In this document: one piece after another, positions 28,166 to 32,000 of the stretch | Position numbering within the stretch: the stretch's first letter is position 1 | How the letters are laid out: every line of letters begins with the position of its first letter | Assembly (NCBI GenBank): GCA_030428395.1 | Contig: JAUIDW010000003.1 | Location: forward strand, 32,552 to 64,551 | Origin: a bacterium | Lineage (GTDB): Bacteria; Planctomycetota; UBA1135; GCA-002686595 | DNA length: 32,000 nt | Direction: 5' to 3' | Translations under genes and position numbers: made by a program | The notes under the pieces: generated by a model | Told to the model about the DNA's origin: nothing | The model's input: the letters and a program-made list of their open reading frames with translations, nothing else | The model's database searches: none

Positions 28166-28669
28166 ATGGAAGACAACCACACGAGCCTCCGCGAGACCGA
28201 TCGCATCGTCGTGCGCCGGCTGCGGCCGTCGGACCTGGAGCCTGTCATCGCGATCGACTCCCGGCTGATCGGGCGACGCCGGGACGAGTACTTCAAGCTG
28301 AAGCTCGAGATGGCCCGCAACGAGACGGGCGTCGAGGTCTCCCTGGCGGCCGAGCTGGACGACCTCTTCGTGGGGTTCCTCATCGCGCGCGTGTACTACG
28401 GCGAGTTCGGCGTCGCCGAGCCCGCCGCCGTCCTCGAGGTCCTCGGCGTCCATCTGGACTTTCGCGGCAAGGGCGTGGGGTACGCGCTGATCGCGCAGCT
28501 GACCACGAACTTGCTCGGGCTGGGGGTCCGCAGGGTCTCCACCGAGGTCGCCTGGGGCGACCACGACCTGATGGCCTTCCTGGATCGCGTGGGCTTCTCT
28601 CCCGCGCCTCGCTTCTGCCTCGACATGGACTGCGAGGCCTTTCGGAGGCGCGAGGAGACCCGGATATGA
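28166..28669 (+). CDS. GNAT-family N-acetyltransferase (copy 2; BadL-like by context)
   Basis: 167 aa. The GNAT core is LEVLGVHLDFRGKGVGYALIAQLTTNLLGLGVRRVSTEV...LDRVGF. It is collinear with copy 1 over its whole length, at roughly one third identical residues by eye. It ends 7 nt before an Rrf2 regulator gene. Confidence 0.8.
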   Translation: MEDNHTSLRETDRIVVRRLRPSDLEPVIAIDSRLIGRRRDEYFKLKLEMARNETGVEVSLAAELDDLFVGFLIARVYYGEFGVAEPAAVLEVLGVHLDFRGKGVGYALIAQLTTNLLGLGVRRVSTEVAWGDHDLMAFLDRVGFSPAPRFCLDMDCEAFRRREETRI

Positions 28670-28676
28670 TCGCCCC

Positions 28677-29087
28677 ATGAACCTCAACAAGAGCACGCGA
28701 TACGCGTTGCACGCCGCGATGGAGATGGCGATGTCCGTGGACCGTCCGATCACCGCGGGGCAAATCGCCGAGCGCTACGGGATCCCCGAGAACGTGCTGG
28801 CGAAGGTCCTTCAGCAGCTGGTGCGCGTGGGCGTTGCGCGTGGAGCGCGAGGCGTCGGCGGCGGGTATCGGCTGGCGCGGTGTCCGGAGGACGTCTCGGT
28901 CCAGGAGATCATCGACTTCTTCGAGCCGATGCCCCCCCCGGACACGTGCATGCTGCGCGAGCTACCCGGGGAGAAGTGTCCGGATGCACGCACCCCCTCG
29001 TGCCGGCTCATGGGGTTGTTCCAGGAGGTCGACGAGACGGCCCGGTCGACGTTCGCCTCGGTCTCGCTGGCCACGCTCGCCTCCTAG
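28677..29087 (+). CDS. Rrf2-family winged-helix transcriptional regulator with three clustered Cys (BadM-like by context)
   Basis: 136 aa. It has the Rrf2 N-terminus (MNLNKSTRYALHAAMEMA...ITAGQIAERYGIPENVLAKVLQQLVRVGV...GGGYRLAR) and a C-terminal Cys trio (TC-x9-C-x7-C). Confidence 0.85.
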   Translation: MNLNKSTRYALHAAMEMAMSVDRPITAGQIAERYGIPENVLAKVLQQLVRVGVARGARGVGGGYRLARCPEDVSVQEIIDFFEPMPPPDTCMLRELPGEKCPDARTPSCRLMGLFQEVDETARSTFASVSLATLAS

Positions 29088-29165
29088 GTATCCCGAGCAC
29101 CGCGGATCCGTGTTCCTTCGCCACGAAACAGGACCTCGTCCCGGCCGCGAGCCCAGGAGGTCGAA

Positions 29166-29186
29166 ACACCTCGAGCTCGAGGGTGT
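29166..29186. repeat. Perfect 14-bp palindrome CCTCGAGCTCGAGG (29169-29182) with extended imperfect arms (ACA/TGT); a hairpin or operator candidate in the 220-bp Rrf2/radical-SAM intergenic region
   Basis: Verified by reverse-complementing the written sequence. It lies 82 nt after the Rrf2 stop and ~125 nt before the radical SAM start. No T-tract follows it. Confidence 0.5.
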
Positions 29187-29307
29187 CCCGGAACGCGGCC
29201 ACCCCCGGACGCGGCGCTCTGCCCGCTGGACGTTCGCGGCCCCGTTCCCGGGCAGATTCCCTGGGGCTCCGTGATGAGGCGGGCCGAGTAGGCAGAAGGA
29301 CGCGAAC

Positions 29308-30849
29308 ATGAAAGTGCTCCACATCACCCGAACGCTTCCCCAGGAGATGCTGGGGCCGATGTACCTCAGCCGGGCCGTGAAGGACGCGGGCCACGACATG
29401 CGGGCCGTCTGCCTGCCCGACCCCGCGTGGCTGCGGAAGATCCAGGAGTACCGGCCGGACGTGATCACGTGGTCGACCATGACCGGCAACCAGCGGCCGA
29501 TCTTCGACCTGAACCGGCTGCTGAAGCGCAAGTTCGACTTCTTCTCGCTGGTCGGCGGGCCCCACGTGACCTTCGTGCCCGACGAGGTCAAGGACCCCGA
29601 CGTCGACGCGCTCTGCATCGGCGAGGGCGAGGGCGCCCTGGTCGAGCTGCTCGACACGCTCGAGAGCGGCGGGGAGTGGCGGGACGTCCGCAACCTGGCC
29701 TTCTGCGACGACGGACAGGAGGTGATCAAGAACCCCCTGCGGCCGCTCGTCTCCGACCTCGACGGCCTGGGATTCCCGGACCGCGACGTGATCTACGACG
29801 CCCAGCACCTCTACCGGGACAGTCCGCGGAAGGTGGTGGTCACGCAGCGCGGTTGCCCGATGCTCTGCTCGTTCTGCTTCCACCACGCCTGGAAGAAGAA
29901 GGTCTACGGCGCTCGCAACAACCAGTACGTGCGCAAGAACTCGGTCGACTTCGTGATCGCGCAGGTGCAGGAGATGCGCTCCCGCTACCCGCTCGACTTC
30001 GTCCACTTCCTCGACGACATCTTCAACCTGCGCAGCGACTGGCTCGAGGAGTTCTGCGAGCGCTGGCCCCGCGAGGTGGGGCTGCCCTTCGACGTCATCC
30101 TGATGGCGAACATGACGCGCGAGAGCCACATCGAGCAGCTGAAGAGCGCGGGCTGCATCTACGCGCGGATCGCCTTCGAGGCCGCCAACGACTACATCCG
30201 CAACACCGTCTACCGGAAGAACACCGAGCGCAGCCAGCTCGTGGACGCGGCGGGCTGGATCAAGAAGCACGGTATTCGCCTGGGCTCCCTCAACATGCTC
30301 GGCGCACCGGGGGGGACGCTCGAGGACGACATCGCCACGGTCGAGCTCAACATCCAGTGCGAGGTGGACCACCCGCTGTGCTCCATCGTCCAGCCCTACC
30401 CGGAGTTCGAGCTGAACGAGATCACGCGCGAGATGGGGATCGCCGTCGCGGAGTACGACGAGTTCCCCGCGCAGTTCAACCGCGAGTCGTCCATCGAGGT
30501 GAAGGACAAGGTCGCGATCGAGAACCTGCACAAGTGGTTCCCGATCCTGGTGCGCAACCCGCGCCTCCTGCCGCTCGCGAGGCGCACGCTGGGCAAGCGC
30601 CTCCTGCGACTCCCGCTCCTCTGGATGTACATGCTGTACTCCGAGTGGCTCGTGACCGAGCAGAACTCGCTCTACAACCGGGCCCAGGGGAACCGCGGCC
30701 TCGGGACCTGGCCGCTCGTCGACTTCGGCAAGCGCGTCGTCACGAAGGGGGCGGTCCGTTGCCTGTCGCTGGTCGGCGCCAAGGTCGTCGGCAAGATGGC
30801 CACGCGCCTGCAGATGGGGGACGAGCGCGTGGTCGCTCACATGGACTGA
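29308..30849 (+). CDS. B12-binding-domain (class B) radical SAM protein, function unknown
   Basis: 513 aa. The N-terminal region is Rossmann-like and cobalamin-domain-like (PDVITWSTMTG...FSLVGGPHVTF...DALCIGEGEGALVELL). It is followed by the radical SAM motif CPMLCSFC (CxxxCxxC) and a TIM-barrel-like region. Confidence 0.8.
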   Translation: MKVLHITRTLPQEMLGPMYLSRAVKDAGHDMRAVCLPDPAWLRKIQEYRPDVITWSTMTGNQRPIFDLNRLLKRKFDFFSLVGGPHVTFVPDEVKDPDVDALCIGEGEGALVELLDTLESGGEWRDVRNLAFCDDGQEVIKNPLRPLVSDLDGLGFPDRDVIYDAQHLYRDSPRKVVVTQRGCPMLCSFCFHHAWKKKVYGARNNQYVRKNSVDFVIAQVQEMRSRYPLDFVHFLDDIFNLRSDWLEEFCERWPREVGLPFDVILMANMTRESHIEQLKSAGCIYARIAFEAANDYIRNTVYRKNTERSQLVDAAGWIKKHGIRLGSLNMLGAPGGTLEDDIATVELNIQCEVDHPLCSIVQPYPEFELNEITREMGIAVAEYDEFPAQFNRESSIEVKDKVAIENLHKWFPILVRNPRLLPLARRTLGKRLLRLPLLWMYMLYSEWLVTEQNSLYNRAQGNRGLGTWPLVDFGKRVVTKGAVRCLSLVGAKVVGKMATRLQMGDERVVAHMD

Positions 30850-30854
30850 GCCTC

Positions 30855-30893
30855 CCTGCCGGGCAGGCGACAGGGGGGACGGGCGACCCCGTC
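30855..30893. terminator. Two short GC hairpins between convergent genes (CCTGC-cgg-GCAGG at 30855-30867; GACGGG-cgac-CCCGTC at 30878-30893); a possible bidirectional terminator
   Basis: The inverted repeats were read from the sequence. There is no U-tract, so intrinsic terminator function is uncertain. Confidence 0.3.
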
Positions 30894-30907
30894 GCGCGCC
30901 GCTCCGC

Positions 30908-31291
30908 CTAGGTGGTGCCCCGGCGCCGCACGCCCTTCTGCGCCCCGGCCCGGGCCGCGGACGTCAACGCGTGCGACTCGTTCAGCCACCTCGACCAGAG
31001 CGCCTTCGGCAGGGGCTTCTCGGCGGTGAAGCGGGCGACGACCCACTTGCCAGTGCCCAGCTCGAAGCGGTCGGGGTGCTTCGCGGCGAGCTCCTCGGCC
31101 TGGGGGCGCGAGCGCTCGAGCTTGAACATGGCCTTGAAGCCCTGCCCTTTCGGACCGGGGCCGACGTAGAGGAACGCGCCCTGCTTCGTCTTGAAGGAGC
31201 TCTGCGTGCAGGCCGTGCCCTTCACCACGCCGGGGAGCGACGCGGCCATCGCGCGGAGCGCGTCGGTGGGATCCTGGGAGCGGGCCGCCAT
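30908..31291 (-). CDS. Small MmcQ/YjbR-like protein (127 aa)
   Basis: The ATG at 31291-31289 lies 2 nt after the upstream gene's stop. The sequence (QGAFLYVGPGPKGQGFKAMFKLE...FELGTGKWVVARF...WLNESHAL) resembles YjbR-family proteins. The track ORF extension to 31645 overlaps the SRPBCC gene in another frame and is rejected. Confidence 0.6.
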   Translation of the reverse strand: MAARSQDPTDALRAMAASLPGVVKGTACTQSSFKTKQGAFLYVGPGPKGQGFKAMFKLERSRPQAEELAAKHPDRFELGTGKWVVARFTAEKPLPKALWSRWLNESHALTSAARAGAQKGVRRRGTT

Positions 31292-31293
31292 GG

Positions 31294-31746
31294 TCAGCTG
31301 CGCACCGTGACGAGGGCGACGAGGGCCTCGAGCCCGTTCGTCCAGCCGCCCTGGATGATCCCGCACATCTCGTCGTTCGGCATGCCGGAGTGCGTCAGCG
31401 TCAGGCGCGTGCGGCCGCCGTCGAGCTGCTCGAGCACGACGCGCACCTCCATCGCGGGCATGCCCATGGCCTCGTCCGCGTCGGACACGTAGGCCAGCAC
31501 GTGGGGCGGGTCGACCTCGGTGAAGCGGCCGGTGCCCTCGACCTTCCACTGGCCGGGCATCTCCATCGTCGTCGCGTAGGTCGCGCCGGCCTCGGGCTTC
31601 CAGGACGTGCACTCGAGCACGGCCGACGCGTCGCACTTCATCCACCTCGACACCTGCTCGGCGTCGGTCCAGGCCGCGTACACGAGGTCGATCGGCGCGT
31701 CGTAGTCGCGGGTCAGGGTGACGGACAGTCGTTCGGGCTCGGTCAT
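31294..31746 (-). CDS. SRPBCC-superfamily (AHSA1/START-like) protein
   Basis: 150 aa. AHSA1-like motifs are present (RDYDAPIDLVYAAWTDAEQVSRWM, GGRTRLTLTHSG, GWTNGLEAL). The start overlaps the stop of the upstream ArsR gene (ATGA at 31743-31746, minus strand). This is the usual ArsR-AHSA1 pairing. Confidence 0.8.
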   Translation of the reverse strand: MTEPERLSVTLTRDYDAPIDLVYAAWTDAEQVSRWMKCDASAVLECTSWKPEAGATYATTMEMPGQWKVEGTGRFTEVDPPHVLAYVSDADEAMGMPAMEVRVVLEQLDGGRTRLTLTHSGMPNDEMCGIIQGGWTNGLEALVALVTVRS

Positions 31747-32000
31747 GGCGTTTCCTTCGTCTGCACGGTGTCGAGGTAGTCGGCGAGGCCGTCGAGCTGG
31801 CGGCCCCAGTGCTCGCGCACCCGGGCGACCCAGCGCTGGGCCTGCGCCAGCGCCGCGGGGTCGATCTCGCAGCGGTGGACGCGCCCGTCGACCTCGCGCG
31901 TGAGCAGGCCCGCGCGCTCGAGCACCTTGACGTGCTTGGTCACCGCCGGCTTCGTCATGGCGAACGGACGGCCCAGCTCGCCGATCGTCGCCGGCCCGCG
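31743..32000 (-). CDS. ArsR/SmtB-family HTH transcriptional regulator, 5' end outside the window
   Basis: The minus-strand frame is open to the window edge (...RGPATIGELGRPFAMTKPAVTKHVKVLERAGLLTREVDGRVHRCEI...). This is a typical ArsR recognition helix and wing. The Met at 31958 is internal. Confidence 0.8.
   Translation of the reverse strand, partial: RGPATIGELGRPFAMTKPAVTKHVKVLERAGLLTREVDGRVHRCEIDPAALAQAQRWVARVREHWGRQLDGLADYLDTVQTKETP

Noticed and set aside
28166-29087. The GNAT plus adjacent DNA-binding protein as a GNAT-toxin/antitoxin pair (TacT/AtaT-like).
   Set aside because: The gene order and partner are wrong. Such toxins follow a small RHH/DUF1778 antitoxin, whereas here the GNAT precedes a 136-aa Rrf2 regulator. 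The catabolic context also matches the BadL/BadM paradigm better.
29088-29307. A cobalamin riboswitch upstream of the B12-dependent radical SAM gene.
   Set aside because: I found no B12-box-like core (GCCACTG and the flanking conserved stems). The structure present is a simple palindrome or hairpin. A covariance-model scan would be needed to exclude a riboswitch formally.

Overview
The window is very GC-rich (about 70% by eye, not computed), densely coding, and has no rRNA, tRNA, CRISPR or mobile elements that I can see. It holds two long, translationally coupled operons on the + strand and a few flanking genes.

(1) nt 1-17379 is an anaerobic respiratory module. It starts with a 5'-truncated NarK-type transporter fused to a DoxX-like domain. 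Next comes a Thermus-style narCGHJI membrane nitrate reductase, with a membrane-anchored dihaem cytochrome c (NarC-like), followed by a second narK. A complete alternative complex III operon (actABCDEF) follows with only a 1-nt gap.

(2) nt 17505-18938 (-) is a nitronate monooxygenase-family flavoprotein. It is divergent from the next operon across a long intergenic region that ends in a conspicuous AT-rich island.

(3) nt 19208-29087 is an anaerobic benzoyl-CoA module. It encodes had, oah, a GNAT, dch, the ATP-dependent class I benzoyl-CoA reductase bcrCBAD, a FabG-like SDR, a second paralogous GNAT and an Rrf2 regulator. The last pair resembles BadL/BadM.

(4) Downstream lie an orphan B12-binding radical SAM gene and, on the minus strand, an ArsR-SRPBCC-YjbR operon.

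The most interesting points are the apparent co-transcription of Nar with ACIII, the NarK-DoxX fusion, the duplicated GNATs wired into the benzoyl-CoA operon, and the physical link between nitrate respiration and aromatic ring reduction. All functional calls come from motif and family recognition by eye. No database searches were run.
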